A program made the position numbers and the translations under genes. 64,000 nt of DNA from Carcharhinus amblyrhynchos (lineage: Eukaryota), in NCBI GenBank assembly GCA_965287045.1, contig OZ336882.1, positions 72,912,001 to 72,976,000 on the forward strand. The letters run 5' to 3'. The notes below the pieces were generated by a model. It saw nothing but the letters and a program-made list of their open reading frames with translations, was not told the origin of the DNA and did not search any database. Below, in pieces: positions 23,506-35,390 of the stretch (its first letter is position 1; the number at the start of each line of letters is the position of its first letter).

Positions 23506-25132
23506 GTAAGTCCGAGTATATCCTGTCGATGAATAGGTATGAGACTATCTGAGAGCTTGAAATTTATTTCGCTGGCCCAGAATTGTCTTCCTATGTGTAC
23601 AGTTGGCAGCTCTTCTCTCTTCCCAATAATAACTGTAAAAGCTTTATATGCAATGAATGATTATTCGAGCTACAGTCACTTCCATCCCACCTCTTGGAAA
23701 GATAATTTGTCGATCATTTATTTAAAGAACAACAAACGCTTCAATGTGCATCCGGAGTTTCCTCCACGTGGTTTAACTCACCACTGAAGATCTCGTCATG
23801 TTATTGTGGGATGTACTCAGGCTCTGACAGGTCACGGTGGAGTACATTATGTAGCCGGGTGTAAACCATCGGCTGTATCTAGCTCCCAGGCAGCCTTTCA
23901 GGTGGCTGTCGATGTTAAAGGTGCATATTAAGGCGACAAAGAAGAACATGTCCTCAGGCTTCTTTGCCGAGCTGCTATGTTACTCTACAATGAAACGATG
24001 CAACATGAAAACAATTCCTGGCCATCTCTATGGGCCAGGGGGATTTCATGAGCTTCAGCAGGCATGAGCAATATAAAACGAAGTTTTGGAGTAATTTCCA
24101 CGATTTGACACATGTAGGTATAATGACAGTAAGTGAAAAAAAATCTTAAATGTCGTCATTCGCTTCCGGTTGTGCCACAGAATAGATGATGCGGCATCCA
24201 TGTCTCTCAGATTGTTTTTGCAGTGATTCGAACTCAACATGAGGAAATCCCTCTTTTTTTGCCCTGATGCCAACTGCCAGAAATGAATATCTACTTCAGC
24301 CTTTTAGCTCTTCCCAGTAATGACACAAATTATTCCGGGCCATTATTTGGAATTGCAAATGTCAGCTGGAAAAAAATGACAAGGAAACACATTACAGCCC
24401 AGTTGTGGTTTCCCCATAGGCCTTGGCTAGTGATTAATCCCCGCTCCATTATTCAGGTTTACGGATATGTGCAAGAAAAAAAATCTTCATGGATAGGACA
24501 GGAATGCTGAAGTCAAGCAGTAAGCGTTGGAGATAAGCAACACGTCAGGTGGCACATGGTGCTCAGGAGACAGGGGAGGACAGTCACCAAGCATAAGTGA
24601 GTATGGGACAGGACCATGGTGACGCTAAATGTGGAACTACATGCAAGCTAAACAAGTGACATAATGAGAAAAGAAAGAATTAGCATTTATACTTCTATTG
24701 ACAGCCCACAGAATTGAAAGGTTACCTCTGCTTCACTTTCCACACAGGCTGCCTGAATTGATTTCCAGCATTCCGGCACTGCACTCAGTGTTACGGAAGA
24801 ATCTCCCGCTTGTGTGTCGCTGTTGAATATTCCCCTTCAATCAGTGCTTAAAACTTGTAATACTACTCCCCCACCAACCCCCGGCCTTCTTCCACGCCCC
24901 CCATGCCTTTCCTCAGCTCCTTTGTTCCTTTATGTTCTCCAACAACGTCGATTCCCTTTTCTTCTGGGAGAGATTATTTAATTTGGTATTGATTTTTACC
25001 CGTTTATTCCCTCATTCCCATTAAAGTGTTCTGTTTACATGGCACATGCACACACTCTGCTAAGTAGTCAAAGAGACAAACCTATCTTTTAGATTGACGA
25101 AAGTGTTCTTATTTTCCTTCCTCTTCTTGCAG

Positions 25133-26028
25133 CGAACATTATGACCATCGTGATCCTCTCCAGAGGAAATTGTGGTCTCTCCAAATGTATCTCTGTCTAC
25201 ATGGTGGCTATGGATGTAGCGGATCTGCTGATCATGGTGTTCAATGTAGTCGTATATCTGATCTTCAATTATCACTTTCCGTACTCCATTCTGTCTTACA
25301 CTGCTGTGTGTAAGTTCATTCTGTACATGACTTTTGTAAATTTGGATATGTCAGTGTGGTTCACAGTTTCATTTACATTTGACCGCTTTGTTTCCATCTG
25401 TTGTCCGAACTTTAAAGAGAAATATTGCGCAAAGAGAACTGCAACTACGATTATAGTGACGGTCTTCGCCTTGACCTATTTAAAAGGTGCCCCGATGTTC
25501 TTTTCGTACGAAGCTGAACGAATCATTGACAATGTGCACTGGGGCTGTTGGACAACGCAGGCCGTTTATAGATTGCCCGCATGGTCTGTGTACAGCTGGA
25601 TGCAGTCGAGCTCAGTTGTGCTGCTGCCTTTTGCTCTCATGATGCTGTTTAATTCTTTAACCGTCAGACGTATTTTGTTGGCAAATCGTGTACGCAGAGG
25701 CCTCCGGAGTAGTGGAAATGAGAATCAGAGTGATCCCGAAGTGAAGAGCCGAAGAAAATCCATCCTTCTACTCTTCACGATATCAGGCAGCTACATAATT
25801 TTGTGGTTAACAACTGTTGGGAGTTTTGCGGCCACCAGAATGTCGAACAGCGTTTACCATCAAGGAGATTACTCCAATCCGGGATATATCGCCACCGAGA
25901 GTGGATATCTGCTCATGTACCTGAGTTCCTGTTCTAACACCTGCATTTATGTAGCGACCCAAAGGAAATTCAGAGGAGAACTACAGAATGTGCCGAAATT
26001 TCTTGGGCATATTTTTCCAAATTGGTGA
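25133..26028 (+). CDS. GPR139-like GPCR gene 2, exon 2 (spliced 321 aa; altered C-tail, possibly impaired)
   Basis: Acceptor ttccttcctcttcttgcag|CG AAC ATT ATG; 7 TMs, FDRF, NTCIY, QRKFR. A 1-nt loss at ~26002 relative to gene 3 changes the tail; AATAAA at 26051 and 26169. Confidence 0.85.
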
Positions 26029-27579
26029 AAGGTTAGAAAGAATTTAAGGCAATAAATGATTTCTCTCCAAACTGAAGCATTATTTTTCGTCTGTTTTCCT
26101 GTACAAGAATGTTCCCCTTCTTAGAATCTGACAATGGGAAATGTTGTTAAATGATATAAATGATGTTGAATAAAAGTTGATGAAAGCAAACACTTGAAGT
26201 GATCACCAAAGCACAACACCATCAGAGATCATTTGGTGCCACTGGAGAAGGGATGTGTGAACTCACCAACTACGATAGTGTCGTCAATGTTCATTCTTAC
26301 CACTTGCCTATTAATGGAATACTATAGTTGCTCTATTAATGTTTGTTCGGATAAGGAACCGTTGCTAAAATTGTGTGTGGGGGGAATTATGGCCGAAACG
26401 TTTTCTCTTACAATGGAGAGATAACGATCAGCACGAAAGGAGCCTGAATATTAGTTCGATAGATGCATGTGAGTGCATCACATTGTACAGAGAGCGAGGG
26501 AGAGATTTGTTGTTATCGAAAGGGAAAGGTACTTATGCAAAATGCTGGAGAAATGCAGCGCTTCAAGAAGAGGTGCTGGCCCAGCATGACATTAGATGGG
26601 TGGCGTTGGCTGGGCGGAGTGGGGTGGAATTGGGCTTAGGATGTGTGAATAGGTAGGAATGTGGCACAGTTGCATTTATTCACCGAGACACAGAATACAA
26701 TAGCAGGGAGCTTACGATGGAGCTGAATAAAGCAAACTTCAGGGCATAGCTCGTGTTCTGTCTGCATTTCTGGTCATCACACCACATAAGGGTTGTGTGG
26801 CCTGAGAGGGCGTAAAGGAGATTTACGACGTTGCCTGACCAAGGGAATTACCACTACAAAGAGAAACTCAGCTTGGCTTGGTTGTTTTCCCTAGAACAGT
26901 GAACGCTGAGGCGGGGGACGGGGGTGAGGAATAGGGGTGGGGTAACGATCGGAGTGTATAGATTTTGAGGTAGATGGGTAGGGAATTATCAAATTAATAA
27001 AGCTGTCAATGACCAGAGGACATAGGTTCATATATTTAAATATAATGTTCTGGCAGGAGATTTAGAGGGAATTTGAGGAAAATGCTCTTTCTACTAAGAG
27101 GATGTTGGAGAATCGGAAATCATAGACTGAAATTGTTGTAGGATTGGGGAACATCACGTTATTAAAAACACACACACATTTAGAGGAGCATTTAAAATGT
27201 CATGATCTATCAGGCTAAAACTCTACGAGATCTGAGGTTTGAGTGTTCGGAAAGAGTACCGACTGCCAAAGCACTTCATTCAAATCAGAATGTCGGAACA
27301 AGAGGTAATGTGTTGGTGAAAAACAATAGTAGCCGCATGCACCTGGGACAATGATAAGGAAATGACAACAGAGCCAGAAAGGAATGGGAAGAAAATGCTA
27401 ATAACAGTACTGGGCTAATTTTCTGGAATCCTAGAATGAAGGTCCATGAAATTTTGTTCCTGTCCTTGCATGGTACTGGGAAATTTACATTCAACGAATT
27501 ATTCCATGCTGATTCTTTTTAAATGTCCCAAAAATAACATACATAATATCAAATATTTTATAAAAAAGTACATAGACGG

Positions 27580-28100
27580 CTAAAGTGGGGAATTCTGGTT
27601 CTGGTGGCCGAAAAGAAAAAAAAGCTACTTTGATGAGTGAACTCTTGCGAGGTAAAAGCAACTTAGTCTTCAAAGTGTAATAAACGTTTATTTTAATGAC
27701 TAGATTTATTAAACATTGGAATGTTAGAATCAAAAACATTGCAAATTAAAATTATTCAGATTATACAAACATGCAATTAAGACAAGACAAATTTCTTTTG
27801 GCCGAGAATGCGTCCACGCTCATTTGCTGTGTCGATGAAATCATAAATGTCCCCTTCGGTTGAAGTAAGTTTGCCTTGTCTTAATTGCATGTTTGCATAT
27901 TCTGAATATTGTTACTTTGCAATGGTTTTGATTTTAATATTTCAATGTTGAAATAAAAGTAGTTTTAAATAAAATTTTACTACGCGTTGAAGATTGAGTT
28001 TCGTTTACCTTTGCAAGCGTTTCAATTTTAAATCAAATTTGGTTTTCTTAGAACTTTCTGATATAATCCAGCTACCAAAATAGAATTCTCTACTCCAGTT
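27580..28100. repeat. Long imperfect inverted repeat (foldback/MITE-like)
   Basis: The left arm ...aatcaaaaacattgcaaattaaaattattcagattatacaaacatgcaattaagacaagacaaa pairs with the right arm tttgccttgtcttaattgcatgtttgcatattctgaatattgttactttgcaatggtttttgatt...; loop ~27807-27853. Confidence 0.75.
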
Positions 28101-28914
28101 TAGCAACGGTGCGGGATGTCCTGGAACATAGACGATCCGCTAACTGTATCTTCCAGAACGGGGTGAGTATATTTTGATAAAAAAAACAAAAACATGTTCA
28201 CCTTACATTTCAATCGGGAGGTGCACTATAGATTGTCAAAATTCAGAATATATCTGAACTCTTGTGGGGTCGAAAAGGTAAAACTGGTTGCTGCTGTTCT
28301 GCACTTACAGGGAATGAAAGTGTGACAGTAAAGAGGCGCGCTTACTTCGGGTGGGGGTGGGGTGGGGTGCGGGGTGGGGGCAGGGTGGAAACGACCTGGT
28401 TACGCTCGAAGAGAAACAGAGGCGTTACTGTTCTGAAGTTTTTAAGAAAGGCCGTGGAAAGGAATGCTAAATTAAAGGGGGAAAGTTACACCTCCGACAG
28501 GAGCAATTGGTTTAATTTAGTATTGTCAGAAAACAAAAAAAAAGTTGGGGGAATCAGGAAATAGAGGGAAAATAACCACTTAATTTACTTATAGAACTCG
28601 GGAAATTAATAAAAAGAACTCAAAATTTTGTGGACACCAACAAAGGGTTTAACATCAATAAAACACTTAAAAATCAAGTTATGTTTTCTGTGTTAAAAAA
28701 AGGGCACATTGTCAAAAAACGAAATGCTGTAAACAAGCCAAGTTTGAAACAATCAGAACGTTAAGCCATTCAGTTCTATTCAGGATGAATCTTCGTGTTT
28801 TAAAAAAAATGCAGCAAATGATAGGAATTTTTCATTCAAATCTCAATACAATCGGAAAGGGGAAAATGTTTATTCGAAGTTACACAAAAAAAGGTGGGTG
28901 GCGAAGTTTAAACG

Positions 28915-31135
28915 TAAGAACTAAGAGTTCGAGTAGACCATCCGGCCCCTCGTGCATGCTCCCCCTTCAGCAAGATCATGGGTGGTTTTTTTCGAGGACT
29001 CGGCTCCACTTAGCAGCCCACTAACCATGGCCCTTCATTCCATTACTATTCAAAAAATTATCTATCCTTGCCGTAAAAAAAAGTGAATGAGGTAGCCGCA
29101 ACTGTTTCACTGGGCTGGAAATTCCACAGATTCACAACACTTTGTGTGAAGATGTTCCTCCTCAACTCAGTCCTAAATCTGTTTCCCCTTCTTTTTAGGC
29201 CACACCCCCAGTTCTACTTTCATCTGCAGTGGAAATAATTTCCCTTTTTCTACCATATCTAATCCCTTCATAATCCCATATCTTTCTATATGATCTCCCC
29301 TGATTATAATGAGTCTAGTCCCAATCTACTCAATCTCTCCTCATAAGCCAAACTTCTCAACTTCGAAATCAACCAAGTGAATTTCCTCGGCATCCCCTCC
29401 AGTGCGAGTAAATTCTTTCTCAGGTAAGGAGATCAAAACTGTACACAGTACTTCAGGTGTCGTCTCACCAGAACCTTATATAGTTGCAACAGAACTTCAC
29501 TTTTGTTTTTAAACTGCATCCCTCCAGCAATGAAAGATAACAAATCATTTGTCTTCTTAATGACTTGCTGCACCTTCAAAACAACTCCTTGCGATTCATG
29601 CACAAGGATACCCAGGTCGCTCTGCACAGCAACATGCTGCAATATTTTGCCATTTAATAATCATCAGTTGTGCTGTGTTTTCTGTTCTTACCAAAATGGA
29701 TGACGTCACATTTAGAAATATTCCTCTCCATCTACCAGATCCTTGCCTATTCATTTGACTATTATAGCCCTTTGCAGACTTTCAGAGTCCTCTGCACACT
29801 TTGCTCTGCCACTCATCTGAGTGTCATCTGCAATTTTCTTGACAAACTACACCTGGTCCCCAACTCCAAATCATCTGTGTAAAGCGTAAACAATTGTAGT
29901 CCCGTCACTGATCCCTGAGGCACATCAGTCGCCACCGATTGACAATCGGAAAAACAGCCATTTACCCCGAGTCTTTGCTTCGTGTTAGGAAACCAATCTT
30001 CTATCCGTGCTTATACATTACCCATGACACGGTGCACTTTTGTCTGATGCAGCAGTCTTTGGTGCAGCAACTTGTCAAATGCCTTCTGGAAATCCAGAAA
30101 CATTACATCCACAGATTCCCCATTGTCCACCGCACGTGTAACGGTCTCAAAGAATTCCACCAAATTAGTCAAACATGACCCTTCTTTCATGAACCCGTGC
30201 TATGCCTTGCTGATGGGACAATTTACACCTAGATGTTTCGCTATTTTTTCCCTGGTGATAGATTCAAACATTTTGCCTACTATTGAATTTAAGCTAACCG
30301 GTCTATAATACTCGCCGTTTATCTACCGTCTTTTTTAAAACAATGGCATCACATATGCTATGTTTTGACACAAAATACTGCTCAATTCCTCAGCCATTTT
30401 CTCATTTTCAGTTAGTGCATCTCCCATCTCGTCCACGAAAGGATCAATAATTATTTTAGCCACCCTTTTTCGTTTTATATATTAACAGAAATGTTTGCTC
30501 TCTGTTTTTATACTCTGAGCTCATTTACTGTCATATTCTATCTTACCTTTCGGTCTAACTTTTTAATGCCATTATGGACCCTTAAATATTTCCCAATCCT
30601 CTAGTTTCCCACTAATCTTTGAGACTCTGTATGTATTTTCTTTCAATTTAATACCCGCCTTTCTTTGCTTCGATGTCCATGGCTAATTATATCTTTTTCT
30701 GCAGTCCTTCCTTATCACTGGTAGATACCTTTGTTGTGTACTGTGAAAAATCGCTTTGAAAGTCCTCCACTGTTCCTCAATTGTCCCACCATAGCTTTTT
30801 GCTCCCAGTCTACCTTAGTCAATTCCTCCTTTATTCCATTGTATTCTATTCTGTCTTACGCACAGCCACGGGTATTGGATTTTACCTTCTCACACTCCAT
30901 CTGTATTTTAAATTCAAGAATACTGCGATTGCTTCTTCCGAGGGGATCCCTAACTGTAAGATCAATAATTATTCCTGTCTCATTATACAGGGCCATATCT
31001 ACGATAGCATGGTCTCTCATACCTTCCATTACAAACTGTTCAAGGAAGCTATCACAGATGCATTCTGTGAACTCCTTCTCGAGGCTGCCTTAACCGACTT
31101 GGTGTGAACATTGACATATAGATTAAAATCCCGAT
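28915..31135 (-). mobile_element. Old CR1 LINE, unit A (paralogous copy ~45606-48120 in unit B)
   Basis: Minus ORF QSDLGILVHESQ...LLQLYKVLVRRHLKYCVQF; cttgtcaaatgccttctggaaatccag is antisense LDFQKAFDK. Confidence 0.85.
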
Positions 31136-31339
31136 GATAATTAGTGTACTTTTTTTTTACTATTTTTCAAGATGACATTTATCCCTATTGACTATTTCGT
31201 GATAACAGCGCCAACTAATTTAGGGCTATTCAGAAATGGCAGTGACCTCACAGTAGTTTCGTGACATTGTGAGGAGTGGAAATTTAAAATCAGCAAAATA
31301 ATCATAAGAATGAGAATAGTGGTCCAAAAAACAGTGCGG

Positions 31340-32955
31340 ATTTAAACATGAATAGCCGTCTTGTTCCGGACAACTCCTGATAATGCAGCCTGCATTCACT
31401 CGAAATATTGTCCTCTGGAATGCAGGCACTATCTCATTCTTCATCTCCACAAGGCCTGCTGTGTTTTGCTGTTGTCTGAAACGCTCACACAATGTCACTA
31501 AAATGAAATTGCGTCCACTTTATAAATTCAATATTCATGTTTTAAATGAGAAATAATTTTTATTCATATGGTGCTGTTTGTTAAACAGCAGCCCTTGTCA
31601 GGCCTCTCCATAACCTAAGATCGTTTACTCTCAAGTCAGTTTAGTTAGTATTAGTAAACCTTTGGTCCTGGGTTTTACAAGCCGATTCCGCACTTTCTGC
31701 CCCCACCCGCCCCCGTCCACATCATTTGCCGCTCTCGGTCGTTGGGCAAAGACCTCCTGAAGCAACTAAATGGATATTTCTCAGTATCTAAACTTAGTTC
31801 TTACTACTTCTTTCGAATTTCCTATTTCTCCCTTCCTTACCCTATCTGCTGTCACTGATGCTGTAACGTCGGTGGATTTAGAAAGTCGTGGAAATCAATT
31901 TGTGATTAGATGTACAATTACTCCTAACATTAGGATCACAATTAAATAATAAACTTCCTTGAAGGAACGATGAATTCAGAGAAACTATCCAGCCTGGAAG
32001 CCAAGCACCTAAGGTAAATAGTGCAAGGTCTTTGTGTTTCCCACCTCCATCTTCATGGATACAACTAGATTACATACGTTTTCTGAACTCTCTTGTATAT
32101 AAGTGCAAATACTCTTCCAATTACTGCACATATCTCTCCTCTTGCTGCCTAGGTACAATCCAATGCCATACAATGTTGAAGTCCCTCTGTACGCATGACA
32201 ACCATCTCATGAATGATCATCTTGAGGGCAGTTCCTGTATTGACAATTTGTTCCCAATGTAGGTGAGCTTTGTAATTTCTTGCATTGTTCGAAGCACTCC
32301 ATATTGGGGAAACGTTATTGCAAAACCCGGGCTCCTTCTATCATAGCTCGCCAGCATCTTGGCATGTGAGTGAGTTTATATATTTACAAAGCTTTCTTCG
32401 TTTCACAAATATCCCTGAGAATTTGGTTCCCAGATCAGAATCCAACAGTAGAGGCATGCCTGAACGAAGTATTATTTCATTCATTAACCAAAACCATTGT
32501 TTTTGGCTGTAGCATCTTTGCACGGGAATGCTTCAACCTAACATTGAGGCTGCTAAATGATCACCACATAAGAGGTCTTTCCTTACACTTTGTGTAAGGA
32601 CCCTTTGAAATCCCTCTGCTTATTTCTCCATGGCCCTTTAGGTCATGTCGGATTACCCATCTTGACTCTGCAGCGATGACGTGATTCTACTCGGATGTAC
32701 TACTCGCTATATCTCCTCGTTGCTATATATGTGGTCCTTCTCTGTGTGCACTAATCTGTGATATGTCTTCAATAAGTTTTGTTGCATTACTTCAGGGGTT
32801 GTTATTTCGTGTTCCCTTCTCCATACGCCATTTTGACCTCTCTGCCCTCCCCGTTTTCCCATTCCTGTTTCTCTTCTTTTGTGGCCTGTTCCTGAATCTC
32901 TTTCACATCAGTATCTGTGATTTCCTGGCTTGTGCTGGTTTCCTGGACAGGTTTA
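31340..32955 (-). mobile_element. Internally deleted ERV relic, copy 2
   Basis: Colinear with 14030-15630; the minus strand near 32220-32050 reads EMVVMRTEGLQHCMALDCT*AARGEICAVIG/CTYIQESSENV. Confidence 0.75.
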
Positions 32956-34789
32956 TTGGTTTCTCTTTAAGTACCCACTGTCATTTGCAACACGTATTGG
33001 ATTAGGCACAAAACATAACACATTGGAGTTTTCATGTGTGAGCAGGAATTTCAGATAATGAAATCCACATTCCAACTTGATTTCCAGCATTTCGGCACCA
33101 GTGCCACACACCTAACGAATGTGGCATATCTTCGTATCAATGATATTCAAAATCAAAAGAGATTGAAATAAGGCAGGGTGAGAAGGTGGCATTCCACCCA
33201 ATCCATTGTTTGCTTCCCTTCCGAAACCTATTGAAACTTGACCTGGGTCTGTTCTTAAAAATTGAAATGGATCACTAGATTGTGTGAGTGTCCTGAACTC
33301 TTTCTGCAGACCATCTTATGATATTTCGTTCTTTCGCATTCAAGGTTCATCATCATTTTCTGTGTAAATGGACAGTACAATCTGTACATCACAAGTGGTA
33401 GACTTCGGTTACTGGTGGTATTGGTGACTCCCAGCTACTGAGTGCAGTGCTGGGATTAAACTTTGGAAACTCCCCTGATCTGCCTCCAATGCCAGGATGG
33501 TTTCCCCTCGATAAAACAAATCAATGACATTCATAATATTCAAGGGGTGGTGAAAATTATCTTTTGCACCGTTTAAATATACGTTCCCTCTTTTTTTCTT
33601 CATTCTGTTGGAAATAAAGGCAGACATTCCATTTATCTTGCCATTTATCTGCTGAATCAGAATGCTTGTATTTGTGATGTATACAGAAGGACGCCTAAAT
33701 CCTTCTGTGTTGTGATTTTCTGCAGAATGTCTTCAATTAAATAATAATCAGCTTCTTTATTGTTTCAGACTGAAACACAAAAGCTCACAATTTTTTTGCA
33801 TTATATTCCAGCTGCCAAGTTTATCCCATCTGACGTAACGAGTCCATATCTCTCTGTTGACTCCTTGTGTCATCACAATAACTTGCTTTCCCATTTTTTG
33901 TGTCAGCTGCAAACTTGACAAAAAAATCCATTCACTTCCATCTTCCATGTTAGTTTGTCACTTCATTGAGCTGCATGAAAAATAAACTCGTTGAAAGTAA
34001 CATATCTGATTCTCTATCATTCGTCCACCACATATTATCATTACACACAACACTAAATGCGGTGATGCTTGCCATGGATCACACTGCTATTCACCAAACA
34101 CAACGTGTTCGTTTCCCAATGAATCGCACAACTTGTCTTCTCATTTTTTTCTGCTTCATGAATAAGGTTTTACATTTGGATTGCCACTCAATGAGGTTCT
34201 GAATTTATGTTATGGAGCTTAACCAGTTATTCTATACAATTAATATTATGCTTATATTGGTGTATTGACAGTTTACATTATGTCCCAGTTTAAGGATGGT
34301 GGAGTTAAAACTCATGACTTCCTTACCTCTCCCCCTACCTAACACGCCTGGGCTTCAGCTCTCATTCTCGCTGTCTTCATCGCTCTCTTTCGAACTCGGT
34401 TTCTTTTTCTCCCTCGCTTTTACTGCATCTGTTTATGCATACAATGCCAGAAGATAAGGTATTCTCCCTCATTTCACGGAATTTCCCACTGACACATTTC
34501 CAATTCTTTTTGCACTTGTTCTCCCTTCATGCAGTCCTCAGCTGAACCGATGTGAAAAAATCTATATGTTGCCTCACTTACTTCACTCCTAACTTCCTGT
34601 TTCCACTATGCAAATGCATATTGTCACTTGTCAGCACAAGCATGGATATAACGTAAACATTTCTGGACTTGCACTGTTTCGTTATGCGAGGAGTTGGGAA
34701 AGGAGCTGGGAATTGTTCAATCATTTGCAAACCACTTCTGATTTGTTGATGGACAGAAGGTCACTGATGGAGCATTTGAAGATAGTTGG

Positions 34790-35390
34790 TGTAGAAAAAA
34801 TTAGATTCATATAAGCAATTAGGTTGCATAGAAAAGTAAGTCTGTTTTAAACGGACCTACTATAGTAGGGGCTAAAGCTGCGGCAGTAGCTAAAGGGTTA
34901 ATGATTCACTATATACTCACCATTATACCGAAAATCAAGAAACTAGCCGAAGCAGGCAGAGTTAGAAAAAACAGGGCCTAGCAGACACTCAAGGCCTAAA
35001 GGCCAGATAACGGGCCATCTGCCTTTTAGGAGGATAGAAAAATAAACCACCATTCTTCTTCCCTATCTAGTTACGGTAAATCACAAGGGACGGGGACTGT
35101 CGGATGGTTTAGACCAAGGAAACTATAGATAAGTCCTAGGACCATAGATTTAATTAATGGGACAATGATTAAAAGGGTAATAGAGATAGTAAGGATAATA
35201 GGGAGTATTGTAACCTGCTTGCAGAGTTGTTTGTTTCACTATAAAAATAGCGCGGGTTTGTTCAAAAAATCAGAGTTCTCTCGGTGTTGACTGAGGTGTA
35301 CTCTCCGTGGTATCACGACAATAAACTCTCCTGACGCCTGACTCTGAACGTCTCTGCCTGAGTTATTCTGAGCTAGGTGTTTCCTCGACA
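34790..35390 (+). mobile_element. Solo LTR, 601 bp, with 5-bp TSD
   Basis: TGTAGA...TCGACA termini; GTTGG at 34785-34789 and 35391-35395; TATAAAA 35240, AATAAA 35320; empty site agttggtccgtg in units C and D. Confidence 0.9.

Larger units (their letters stand above)
18646..34641 (+). repeat. Tandem segmental unit A (~16.0 kb; contains gene 2)
   Basis: The anchor catgga[t/c]ataa[t/c]gt..acatttctg recurs at ~18646, 34642, 51641 and 59653, and the following sequence is colinear at roughly 90% identity by eye. Confidence 0.9.
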
